Assembly: GCA_035084275.1 (NCBI GenBank)
Contig: CM068742.1
Coordinates: 129,332,001-129,396,000 of the forward strand
DNA: 64,000 nt
Source of the DNA: Hydrolagus colliei
Lineage: Eukaryota
Reading direction: 5' to 3'
Position 1 is the stretch's first letter. Every line of letters begins with the position of its first letter. The notes under the pieces were generated by a model. It ran no database searches, had not been told where the DNA came from, and saw only the letters and a program-made list of their open reading frames with translations. Positions 53,188-64,000 of this stretch are shown in pieces. A program made the position numbers and the translations under genes.

Positions 53188-53570
53188 GTCAAGTTGGCTC
53201 AGTTGATAGTACTCTTGCCAATGAATAAGAAGTTTGTGGGCTCATGCCCCACATCAGAAACTCACATGATCTAAGATGCCATTCTAGTGCTACAACAACA
53301 AAATTACATTTATAGAGCGCCTGCCTTTCACGTTGGGAGGACGTCCCAAGGCGCTGAAACAAGTGGTGTGTTCCATCGATAGTGGTGGCATCTTTTGGAT
53401 GAGATGTTAAATAGAGCCCCCTTCTGCTTATTCGGGTGGACTATTTCAAAAGATCTCATGGCACTATTTGAAAAGCGAAGGGAATTTTTCCCAATGTCCT
53501 GGCCAACAATCCCCCAAATAAAATTGGTCATTTACTTCAGGGTTGTTCGTGGCATGTTGTTGTGTGCAAT
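53188..53570 (+). mobile_element. Old Deu-domain SINE with an inserted minus-strand L2 tail (53292-53358)
   Basis: ttggctcagttgatagtactcttgcc head; gatctcatggcactatttgaa...tgtcctggccaaca core. Confidence 0.75.
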
Positions 53571-55187
53571 TATTATTATTTACCTTTGGGAAGCTAAAAG
53601 TGCTCACTAATAAGATTTTAAAGGGTATTATCCTTTTGCTGCATGACATTTTGCATTGATAAACAATCTTAGTAATGTAATGTAGAAAATTGTTCTATTT
53701 TATCTGAGCATCTGTTACCATTAACGTTTTGTGTTGATTTGCTAAAGGCAAATTAAAAATCAAGTTTAAAAATGCATTATTCAGACTCCTGAATTGTCCA
53801 GAGGTGATTTTGAATAGGATTCAATTGGTGGCAGTACTAATCTGGTAATACTGTAGTCAATTAAAAAACTTTTTAAATATAAAAGGTTGAAAGTTCTTGA
53901 GCAGTTCAGTGCCTTTTAATGCTATTAAAATCATTATACTCCTGGCTGTTTAACCTAAAGTAAAGGTACCCCATGTTGGGCTCGTTAGTGGATCACTATA
54001 TTACCTCAGCTTCCAGGTAAAAGTAAATAAAATTGAACAGCATAATCCAGGCTTGCCATTATGAATCCATCTACCTCTGAAAGTTATGCAGAATTACTCC
54101 TGAAAGCTGTATTATTTTACAATCTCAGGGGAGTTCAACATACTGTGTTAACTTGTATTTCATACATGAATCGTAGCTTGATTGAGATAGCCAAATCGTC
54201 AACAGTTTCTACTGTGCTTTAGATCCACTAAGAACTGACGTAAGACCTCTCAAACTCATTTTACGAAAACAAACTTTTACAGCTGGCAAAACAGGAGACT
54301 TTCATGCATCATCTAGTCCCCCCAAACAAGTACTATCATTGAATTAGCCACTGAGCAAGAGTGGCCCAAGGTGCTCAGAAATCGAAGAACACTCAAGTTC
54401 CAGTGAGAATCATCTTCCATCATTTCGACACTAATGTTCTGTGAAATGAGCCTCACAGACCAATGGAAAATTAAAAACGTGCTTGCTTGCCTTGCATGTA
54501 CAGTATTGTCTTAAAGGAAGGGGTCGATAGGATTCTTCACATTAAAGGCACGGCTTTCCACTGAGTCAGCCATTAAGACCCATTTTGTTTTAAAACGGAT
54601 GGCCAACCGGAATTCTGCAAAACATTTGTAAGTGTAGTCTTAATTTGGAAGTCTGTTTTCTGCAGTTTTTATAAAGCACTGCATTGGGTTCTAAATTAAA
54701 GACTGAATTGAAGAATTTACCATAACTATGTGCAAAAGTAAATTTAAAGACAAAATGGTACCACAGGCAATGAGGTGCAATTTTGGGCCCTACTTGGATC
54801 AACGTAAACAAACAAAAAAAATGTCATAGGAGATACAAGTTAATATTTCTGAAATAAACTATGCAATAACTAACTATAAATATGTTTATATCCCCAAAGT
54901 GTTGAAACTAATAAAATGGTAGAGTTCTTTCTGGCTGGAATATGGTCATCATAAAACCAACTAAAGGTGAGGTTAGAAAACATTTTTTTTTACACTGATG
55001 ATGGTGAAGATCCTCCTCTTTGACTGTGTTCAGGGCACTTCTCTCTTTCCATCAAGCTCTGCCACGAGGAAGCGTTCTGAGAAATTACCCCAGGCTGCAT
55101 CAATGCAAGTTGCTGGTGCTATTAGTTGGGAATATGAAATTCTCTAGCACAAAGCATAGCTCAAGATTTAAAAGGGAAGTAGATAGA

Positions 55188-55563
55188 TAATAATAATAAT
55201 CCTTGCATTTGATATAGCGCTTTTCTCGTCTTCCAGACATCTCAAAGTCTTTCCAGATTATATTGTAAAGTGAATTGACTGTATATATATGGGTGAAATG
55301 AGGCAGCCAATTGCGCACAGCAGTGTCCCAAAAACACTCAAGGATTGAAATTATCAATTTATTATTGTTTTTTTTCAAGGTATCATTAGGCATGTGGAGT
55401 AAGGAAACTTGTCCAGGGTTTCGTCCTGCCTGGAATTGAACCCAGATCTCTCGCTGCAAGGCAAGGTACTTTGACCACTGTGCTATATTCTGTCAAGCGC
55501 TTTGAGACATTGATAAGATGGATGTGAAAAGCACTATATCAAATGCAAGGATTATTATTATTA
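55188..55563. mobile_element. Minus-strand SINE (55188-55484) fused to a plus-strand SINE 3' fragment
   Basis: Two SINE tails pointing outward. Confidence 0.85.
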
Positions 55564-56123
55564 ACTATTCAGGATGCCTGGGTGTCAGCAGGAAAAAAAT
55601 AAAATAATGAAGTCTACAGTAAATATATGTATAAAAAAATGAAACATACATGAGAGTGACTGAACTCATTTCAGGATTCAGATGAGATTCAATCAACCTT
55701 GGCTGTCACAATTTATGACGCCTTCTAAACCTTTAGTGAGATTATTTCGTTGCAATTTTTCTCCTGTGTTCCTCTTAGCTGCTGTCGAACGCAACAGTTC
55801 AGAAATTACATATTTGTTTTACTTATAGTCTGGTTCACATATATTGGTGCATGGAGAAAAAGAACTTTATTACAGCAGAAAAAATCTAATGTACTAGCAA
55901 ACAAGCGTTTTATTGCTCGATAGATACATTCAGGTTTCATTTGGTTCAACGCGGGTGTAGTTCTAAAAAGGATTCACTTTAAAAGCAGGGAATAATTTGA
56001 TAAACAAGAAAAGTGATGATTTCTGGGTGAATAATTTCTACAATGAGGCTAAATGTCAAAAACAACCCATTGGTAGGGTATGTTACCATGTTACAAAATA
56101 TACAGGCAATTCACTTTACAGTA

Positions 56124-56623
56124 CAGGTATCCATCCCCAAGAGTGGGGGATACGTTTCTGATAACCGCAGTTGGAAAATACAGGGCCCTATAGGAAACAT
56201 GGGGATAGGGGGACTACGTTTGCTTGTCCTTGAACTAAACACAAAAAAATTCATGTTATTTACCTAAATCCTAATGATGATGATGATGGGGGAGATGGTT
56301 GTTACTTGCTGTTACTTGGAAGAGGGGCCCTGTGCACCCTCTTCCTCTGCCTCCTCCTCCAGATCATAAATCACTGACGAATGCGAGGGGGGTGGATGTG
56401 GAGAAGGTGGTGTGGTGGGTGACACCGAGGGAGGTGGATGCGGAGAAGCGACATCGTGGCTGGTTGATGCAACTGGGTCCTAGCGCCAAATGCTAGTGTT
56501 AGTGTTAAAACCCGTGGATATGCAAAATTCACTACCGCAGTTGGCAAAGGTTGTCGCAGAGAGGTAACCGTGGATACGTGAAATTCGCGGTAGAAACAAA
56601 ACGCGGTTGGGGCAGGGTACCTG
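56124..56623. mobile_element. Tc1/mariner-pogo type MITE with TA TSD
   Basis: TA|CAGGTATCC...GGGTACCTG|TA, inserted in the SINE motif cagtatattc. Confidence 0.75.
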
Positions 56624-56664
56624 TATATTCTTTGAAACACTTTGAGGCATCTCAAAGGCATGTT

Positions 56665-56973
56665 GAGTCCTGCAGCTCAGTGGTTAGAGCACTCGCCTTG
56701 AAAGCGAGAGACCCGGCTGGGTTCAATTCCAGGCAGGGCAAACCTTGGGCGAGTTTCCTTACTCCACACGCCCGCTAATAATCCCTTGAAACAAAATAAT
56801 AATAAACCGTTCATTTAAATCCACGACTGTTTGCAGGACACTGCTGTGCGCAATTGGCTGCCGTGTTTCGCCCACAAATATACAGTCAATTCACTTTGCA
56901 GCATATTCTGTGAAGCACTTTGAGCCATCTAGAAGACGTAAAAAGCTCTATATCAAATGCAAGGATTATTATT
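56665..56973 (+). mobile_element. tRNA-derived SINE, full length, young
   Basis: Retains CpGs; flanked by an imperfect 14-bp TSD. Confidence 0.92.
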
Positions 56974-57004
56974 ATCTCAAAGACGTGATAAGGTGCTATA
57001 TAAT

Positions 57005-57291
57005 ATTCTCAAAGTATTTCACAGAATATACTGTAAATTTAATTGACTATATTGTGGGTGAAATGCGGCAGCCATTTGCGCATAGCAGTGGCCCACAAAA
57101 CAGTTATGATTGAGTGACCAAATTATTTGGAATTGTTGAAAGAATTATTATACTGGGAAAAGTAATCTGTCTATTGACTAACAACTGAGTTCCTACTTAC
57201 TTTTAGGTAAACTGTGATGTATGGAGTAAGGAAACTTGCCTGACGTTTCTCCCTGTGTGGAATCAAACCCAGGGCTCTCTCCCAGGACTCC
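57005..57291 (-). mobile_element. tRNA-derived SINE
   Basis: Body and head (caggactcc) present. Confidence 0.85.
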
Positions 57292-58009
57292 AAAAGGCAA
57301 GGATTATTATTCTTATTAACCAAAAGAAAGAGATGGGCCTTAAGACCAGAACTAGGAATAACAGTAGTAGAGAATGAGGATTTAGGAGGATTGCTCAGTG
57401 AATATGTCTTGTCAGTACAGCAAAGTAGCCAAGGAAGATTTTATAACAGAGGTCGGGAAGGGGAGAAACTTCAAGAGATTAACATGAATAAAAATATTGT
57501 CACAGATAAACTGGTGAAATTGAAATTGGGAAAATCTTCAGATTCAGGCAACCAGGCATGGGTAATAATCTCTGGCTTTGCCACTGCACCCACATTCAAG
57601 ATGAGTTTCAAACAAAATATGGTCACTATCTAAGGGTTACAAATTGCACTAAATTATAAATAGGTTTAACGATGTTGCGTCAAGATATAACTTTTGTGGT
57701 CAATCATGCACTGGGCAAGTCACTGAATTAGATGAGTAGTACAAATAGATTCATCCATTCTAAAGAAATACAAAGCACTTACTGCATGTTAATGGAGATG
57801 AAAAAAAATTATAACTGTAAGGCAGAAATGCACTCTACAAACAGAAAACTTGTAGTCTGACTATCTACAATATATGGCTGGCCAAATAAAAGAAAAAGTA
57901 CCAGTCATATGTGATTTAAATCTTTACAGCCATTACATTTAAAGCTGTATAGGACACCACAATAGAATTCAAGTAGTTTTTTTTAAATAAGTGACTCATG
58001 CGATGGTTT

Positions 58010-58330
58010 ATATAGGAATGTAGGAACAGGAGTAGGCCATTCAGCCCTACGAGCCTGTTCTGCCACTTAATTAGTCCATGGCTGATCTGTACCTCAACTA
58101 ATCCTTCCAATTCTAATTTCCCACTTTCTGGGAAATATATATAGGGAATATAATCCAAATTTACGCAGCCTTTCCCTGTAATTTAACCCTTTTAGGGCTG
58201 GTAACATTCTGGTGAACCTGTACTACACCCCCTCCAGGGCTAATATATATTTCTTGACGTGTGGTTCCCCAAACTGAATGCAGTCTCCAGATGGGGTCTG
58301 ACTAATGCTCTATACAGCTGAGTATTATTT
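58010..58330 (-). mobile_element. CR1 fragments
   Basis: taggaacaggagtaggccattcagccc 3' end, and cccaaactgaatgcag...ggtctgactaatgc matching the LYxALVRPHL...QFG region. Confidence 0.75.
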
Positions 58331-59590
58331 TCTGTAATTTGAGAGTCACCTGCACAAAACAGTAACCAGATTGTGATGGTAGATTACCACATGCTGGGAA
58401 CATCTATTAGCACACAACATAGGTCCTAATAGGATACATAATTTCATGCTTTCAATACAAGTTTCACCTACCCATTGTCCTTTAAATAGTAAATTTAGCA
58501 CAAGGGAAGGTTGCATGGAAATGTTGTCATTGGGTGGTGAAAGAAGAAACTGCAAAGTGTTTAAAAAATAAACTGGACACCTTTCTAGAAATGAAAAGGA
58601 TATGGGTGATAGGTAATTAAGCAGATGTGTTGAGGGAATCCTTGGGACATGAGATAGATGGAGGAGATGAAGCAATGTTTGAATCTGTCTGAAATTGTTA
58701 TAATGCAATTGAGCATACTGTCAGAGCAAATCATGTCCATGAATAGGAATCTTATTAAGTGGATGTTATATTATTATGACCAATTGTATATATGGAGGTG
58801 TTAAAACCTTCCATGATTTTTATGTGAAGAAACGTTTATCTATGTTGTGCGGAAATGGTGGCAAAGACTCACAACTGCAATGGAACCCCACACTGTCTTT
58901 TCTGTTGTTTAGTCCTGACGCCTGCTGAAACCCATCACCGTGTATAATGGTATCCAAACCAAGATGAGAATTCCATGCATCCCACCTACACGTGGAAATC
59001 CTAGAGATAGACTGTTGGAATGGAATGCACACTCACCCTGGAGAGACACATCCTGATTACCTAATGCCAGAAAGAAATAGTTGCAGGTTTACAAGAGCCA
59101 AGGCTTGGGGGACTCAACATTTTGTCACTTCCCTACATTACCAGGGAAGTGGTAATCCAGCTGGGACCATACTATGTGCTAGGGCTTTGGCTTTCTGGAT
59201 TAAGTAGAGCTGAATGTGATGATTTCCTTTTCTGCCCTTCCAAGTCCTGCCAATGAACTAGTCTGGCTGTGCGGTCATCAGTCCACATTGCAGGCTTACA
59301 TACAAAGACAGTGCTTGTTAATTACTGCAACCAATGAAACCACACATCATAATAGGTCTATAGATGCAAAGGAGAGGAAGGAGATTCCAAAAAGTGAATT
59401 ACTGGCTGCCACATAGAACACCCATGCATTTTAATAATGCATCAACACCAATTTATAATCCTAACTCCATGACTTTGACATCAGTACAAGAATGTAAATA
59501 AATGTCATCAGTACCTTCACACTTGTTTTTTGTTTGTTAACCATTAATAGGAATAGAATCGCTCCTTTCCAACAGACCAATTTTCATATA

Positions 59591-60297
59591 CATTAGAAGC
59601 CCGTTTATCCATGACTCGATGCACTGGAACTTCCGTATAACCAGCACGCCCAAAAAAAAGTCCCCATTCGATAAACCGGAACTTATCCGGAACAATAGCA
59701 GTGGAGCATTTGTAAATGCATAAATAATAACAGAATATTGCATTGGCACTCACCGTCAAAACTACTTTCCTGCGCCCCCCCACCCCCACTAGTAGATGTT
59801 GCGCTTGAAGCCATGATGCTGTGGTTGAGGTTTACAGTCCAGCGACCCCTCCCAAAATGGAGCACACCAAGCGGGCGAAAAAAACAGAGCCCGTATGACT
59901 TCAAAATCATACTAATGGCAAGCTGATAACGCTAGCCGATAACCCACATTGGCGCGCAGGTGCAGTATTTCGGTTTGTTGCTTGTAGAGTCTAGGGCTTC
60001 GGCTTGCAACTAGTAAAGTCGCTCGACTTTAAAATCGCGCTGCCGCTTCTTTCACCCGCCTGGCGTGTCCCATTCAAAAAAGAATCGCTGGACTACAAAC
60101 CCCAACCAGTAAAGGTGAGAAACGCAAGAGAGCAGCCCCAACAACAAGCACCAACTCTGCCACTATCTGCTATTACCTTGTCTGGTGTGTATGGTGTGTG
60201 TTAAAATAACTTTAATTTTTTTGTAGTGGGTTTTCGGCTGCAAGCCGCCCAAATATTGACCAGGTCCCGCCAGTGCTGGATAAACGGGCTTCTACTG
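59591..60297. mobile_element. Tigger/pogo-like non-autonomous DNA transposon with both TIRs and TA TSD
   Basis: TA|CATTAGAAGCCCGTTTATCCA...TGGATAAACGGGCTTCTACTG|TA, 20 of 21 positions matching. Confidence 0.87.
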
Positions 60298-60766
60298 TAT
60301 AATAAATTTCTAGGTTTGCAAGCAAGCAAGCATTAAAATATACTGTTTTGAAGCATTGACTGAAAACTAGAGAATGAGCAACCCAAATACACACATTAAA
60401 ATGAAAGGCAACTGAAAAACACACAGAGAAGTGGCAAAACGAAATGTTTAGATTTAAAAATAGTTCTCCTGGCTAAAATACAATATTTAATTTGATACAG
60501 AATAGCATTTAATGAGGCACCACTTGGTCCATTATATTGAAATGTAGAGTTGGAGGGTTCAATGTCCCGTGTACTCAAACAATAAATTATTAGAATGAGC
60601 AACGAAAAGCAAAGTAGTAAGTTGATGGGCTGAAATAATATGTCAACAAACTAGAAACAACATCTTAGCATATTTTTTAAAAATGGTAATTTGCTTCATG
60701 TTAATTTTTGGTACAGTACATTGCTGTGTGCAGATGTGTGCCTGCAAATACACAGTTACCACACTT

Positions 60767-60948
60767 GGAGCTCCTGTGGCTCAGTGGTTAGAGCACTCGC
60801 TGAAACCATGAGTGTTTGTTGCATATTGGTGGTGTGCCTAGTTGGCTGCCACATTTCACCCACAAAATATACAGTCAATTCATTTTTTACAGTATATCCT
60901 GTGAAGCGCTTTGAGACGTCTCAACAACATGATAAGGATTATTATTAT
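60767..60948 (+). mobile_element. Internally deleted tRNA-derived SINE
   Basis: Head and 3' half present. Confidence 0.8.
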
Positions 60949-61150
60949 TCTTTATATGGAAATATCCAGAGGAATGACCAGATAGTTTATGGGCTTTATG
61001 TCCTCAGAATCGTGTCCATGCCGAGAACCAACCATCCTTCCCAAACAGAGAAAACAACAGACCCTTGGGAAGATGACAGCAACAACAAAATTACATTTGT
61101 ATAGCGCCGTTCACATCTGGAGGATGTCTCAAGGTGCTGGACAGACAGTA

Positions 61151-61368
61151 CTGTAAAAGCCCATTTATCTGGTACCCGATCAACTGTAACTTCTGTATAA
61201 CCGACATCGCAAAAATAAGTTCCGCATTCAATTAATCGGAATTTATCCGGAAAAATGCATTGACATCTTTTTTGTTTTTTTGTTTTGCGTTTTCAGCCAA
61301 ATATCTGGCAGGCACTGTAACCGGCATTGGCCAGGTCCCGAGGGTGCCGGATAAATGGGCTTTTACTG
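61151..61368. mobile_element. 218-bp MITE of the same Tigger-like family, TA TSD
   Basis: 27-bp TIRs with 3 mismatches; internal sequence matches the ends of the 59.6-kb and 24.6-kb copies. Confidence 0.87.
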
Positions 61369-61714
61369 TATTTTGGAACCGAGCTGGGGGTAGGGATTGG
61401 GGAGGGTGGAGGCAGAAGGGCAAGGATTTCCAGAGGCTGGGGGAAGAGTGGCTGAAGGCTACAGGGGGGAAAAATAAAATGTGGAGAAATGGGGCAGATC
61501 ATATTAGTACAAAAAGCCTAATTGTTTGGGATTGGAGTAGGACCAATCAACGCTAGCAGTTTCTGTACAGCAGCTAACAAAAAATCTCACCCAGTAGGTT
61601 TTAAAAAAGTAAACACAAAGTTTAATTCGCAGTAAATTCATGCAGGTGTGGCTGGGATGATAATAACCCTTGTGTCTGAAATAGCATCAAAACATTTGAA
61701 AGCTCTTCGTTGTC

Positions 61715-62034
61715 AATAATAATAATAATCCTTGCATTTGGTAGCGTTTTTCACATCTTATCCACGTTTCAAAAAGCTTCACAAAATATACTGTAAAGTG
61801 AATTGACTGTATATTTGTGGGTGAAAAGAGGCAGCCAATCTCACACAACAGTGTCCCACAAACAGTCGTGGATTGAAATGACCAATTTTATTATTGTGGG
61901 TTTTTTGAATGAATTATTATTAGGCGTGTGGAGTAAGGAAACTTGCCCAAGGTTTCGCCCTGACCTGTCTGGATTCGAACACAGGTCGCAAGCTTGTAAG
62001 GTGAGTGCTCCAACCACTGAGCCACAGGAACTCC
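61715..62034 (-). mobile_element. tRNA-derived SINE inserted in an old minus-strand DeuSINE (about 61660-62260)
   Basis: Full SINE; Deu-like gccagggatctttaatgtc lies upstream. Confidence 0.88.
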
Positions 62035-64000
62035 AAGTGAGGTAACTGTGTATTTGCAGGCACACATACTCCACACAGTAATGTACCACAAATTAACATG
62101 AAGCAAACTACCAATTTTTTAAAATCTGTAGGACTATTGGTCAAGACACAGTGAGAAGCATTTTTCTCTTTGCCAGGGGATCTTTAATGTCAACTAATCA
62201 GGATGGCACCTCCAATAATGCAGCATTCTCCCAGCACTGCTCTAGACTATAAGCTTATACTATTCGCTGCTGTCCTGCTTCATGTCTGATTTTGTACACT
62301 GCTTACTAACACATGGCACACTATTCTTTTTATCGTGCTGAATTATTCTGCTCAACACAAGGGCATCCAAATACTGTAGTATGGAGCTTAAATAATCGGG
62401 GAATCAATCTACATGTGGTTTAATCTCTTCCTTCATCTCTACATTGGAAACAAAGTTGTATCCATTTTCCTGGACTGTATATAGTATAACCGAGTCCATG
62501 TCTGAAAGGAATTTATTGAGGCCAACAGATGTTTATCTTATCAAAACTGTACCTGCCCTATTTCCCCCCCTTCTATATTGAATGGTGACAAGAAAGAAGC
62601 CAGGACTGTCATTTCAGGTCTGAGATATCACCTGGCTGTTTAGATGAATACTGTCATTTTTGCCATAACAACCACAAATTGCCGTTGTGTAGCACTTTTC
62701 ACATCTAGAGGCTCAGTGAGTAAGTGCAGCACATGGCGCAGCAATGAACTACAAACAGCAGGAAGGTCTCAGATTTGCATTGACGCCTGACGTTAGCTGA
62801 TCTTTTGCTGGGTGAAACTCGGCTACTAATCATATGTTGGGAGGGTGAGGGGATGAAAGGGGAACCAAACCTAGCTCCTGATTATAAACCAGTAGTTCTT
62901 GGTACATTTAAAGCCTGAAATTCTGCTTAGTTTTAGCCTATAAAATCAGTTAGTCTTGAAAAATTAAGATTGCGCAGATTGTGGAAAATTCCTAAATTTG
63001 CTTTTATTTGAACATCAGTTTTCCAAAGTTTTGGAAAAAAATTCTCCTCATCATCAAGACCGAATTCAAAGATTTTCCGCAATTCTATGTCATGTTAAAT
63101 GTTAAATGAAATAGTCTACATTAACTCGATGACATTTTGGGACTGTAGATGTCTGGTGAAAGCTGGCTCAGTCCCATCGGTGCTTTATTCCAAAGTATGC
63201 CACTGGTTCACAGCCAATGACCGCAAGAAAGGAAATGGAGCTAGTGGACTTCATTGGACCCCACTTCAGTAATAGTCACCGCCATCAGTAAATTAGCAAA
63301 GGGATAGCCCCAGGCGGTTATTTCATGTGGAAGCATTTATTGCAGAGTTGTCATCAGACAGCTTCAGGAGAAGCATCAGACAGAGACAGCTTCAGGAGAA
63401 GAATGATACTGGGAGAGCACTAGGAGGAAATTACTAAAGAATTCAGAAGTTAAAATTCAATTTGTAGTAAATCATACACTTCATATTCACAGATTCACCT
63501 GGCTTCCTCTAACACTAGTTTTCTGTATTCTTGTAGTGGATTTATTACCACTGCATTATTCAATTATTTTATTTGAATTGCTTATTACCCACATTAACAT
63601 CACGTGAAAACAATATTCATATGATCTCGTAAAGTGGCAATTGGAACTTTAAGTAGTTGCCTGGTAATGGAAGGTAAAGTTTTCTCACTTGAAATTTACC
63701 TATGCAATTTTTTTTAAAAGGAGTTCAAGGTCACTCATTAGAATCTAGTAAGTTTATCACATGACATAAATGAAACTGTGTTGAACTTTATAAAACCCAC
63801 CCAATTCTGTATAAGAATAAATAATTAATAAAATAATTACATTTGATATAGCATCTTACTCCTGATGTGAAAGGCGTTATACAAGTGTTATTTTGTTGTT
63901 TTTGTTGTTATCATATTGTCAAAACAAACTACAGTATTGCAAAGCACTTCACACGATTTTTAACTGTAAAGTGCTGTGAATATATCTGTAGGCAAATATG

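Noticed and set aside
63356-63401. Short direct repeats (also about 45449-45472, 20697-20753 and 8614-8661) as CRISPR-like arrays
   Set aside because: Only two copies each with no spacer series; these are ordinary slippage duplications in eukaryotic DNA.
31600-64000. Numerous 60-120 aa ORFs in the ORF track
   Set aside because: No recognisable domains or consistent splice structure; many start at non-ATG codons or lie within SINEs.

Overview
Vertebrate genomic DNA, AT-rich and rich in repeats. The repeat complement (L2 and CR1 LINEs, Deu-domain SINEs, a young tRNA-derived SINE) suggests a cartilaginous fish, possibly a chimaera; this is an inference. The window holds the 3' end of a minus-strand KDM4C (JMJD2C) histone demethylase gene as five phase-0 coding exons (PHD2, double Tudor, C-terminus with stop at 5397-5399). 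From 30.2 kb to the window end is one intron of more than 33 kb. Everything else I can recognise is transposon-derived: L2 fragments with (TTG)n tails, about 20 SINE copies that share the L2 3' hairpin, CR1 3' ends, older DeuSINEs, TA-flanked Tigger/pogo-like MITEs and two TIR elements with 6-bp target duplications, often nested. I found no convincing new multi-gene system. The best leads are a KDM4A/KDM4C-intermediate Tudor pocket, the L2/SINE hairpin pair, the 6-bp-TSD transposons, a fold-back MITE, a pseudoknot-shaped motif and an inverted SINE-plus-flank duplication. Repeat boundaries are approximate.
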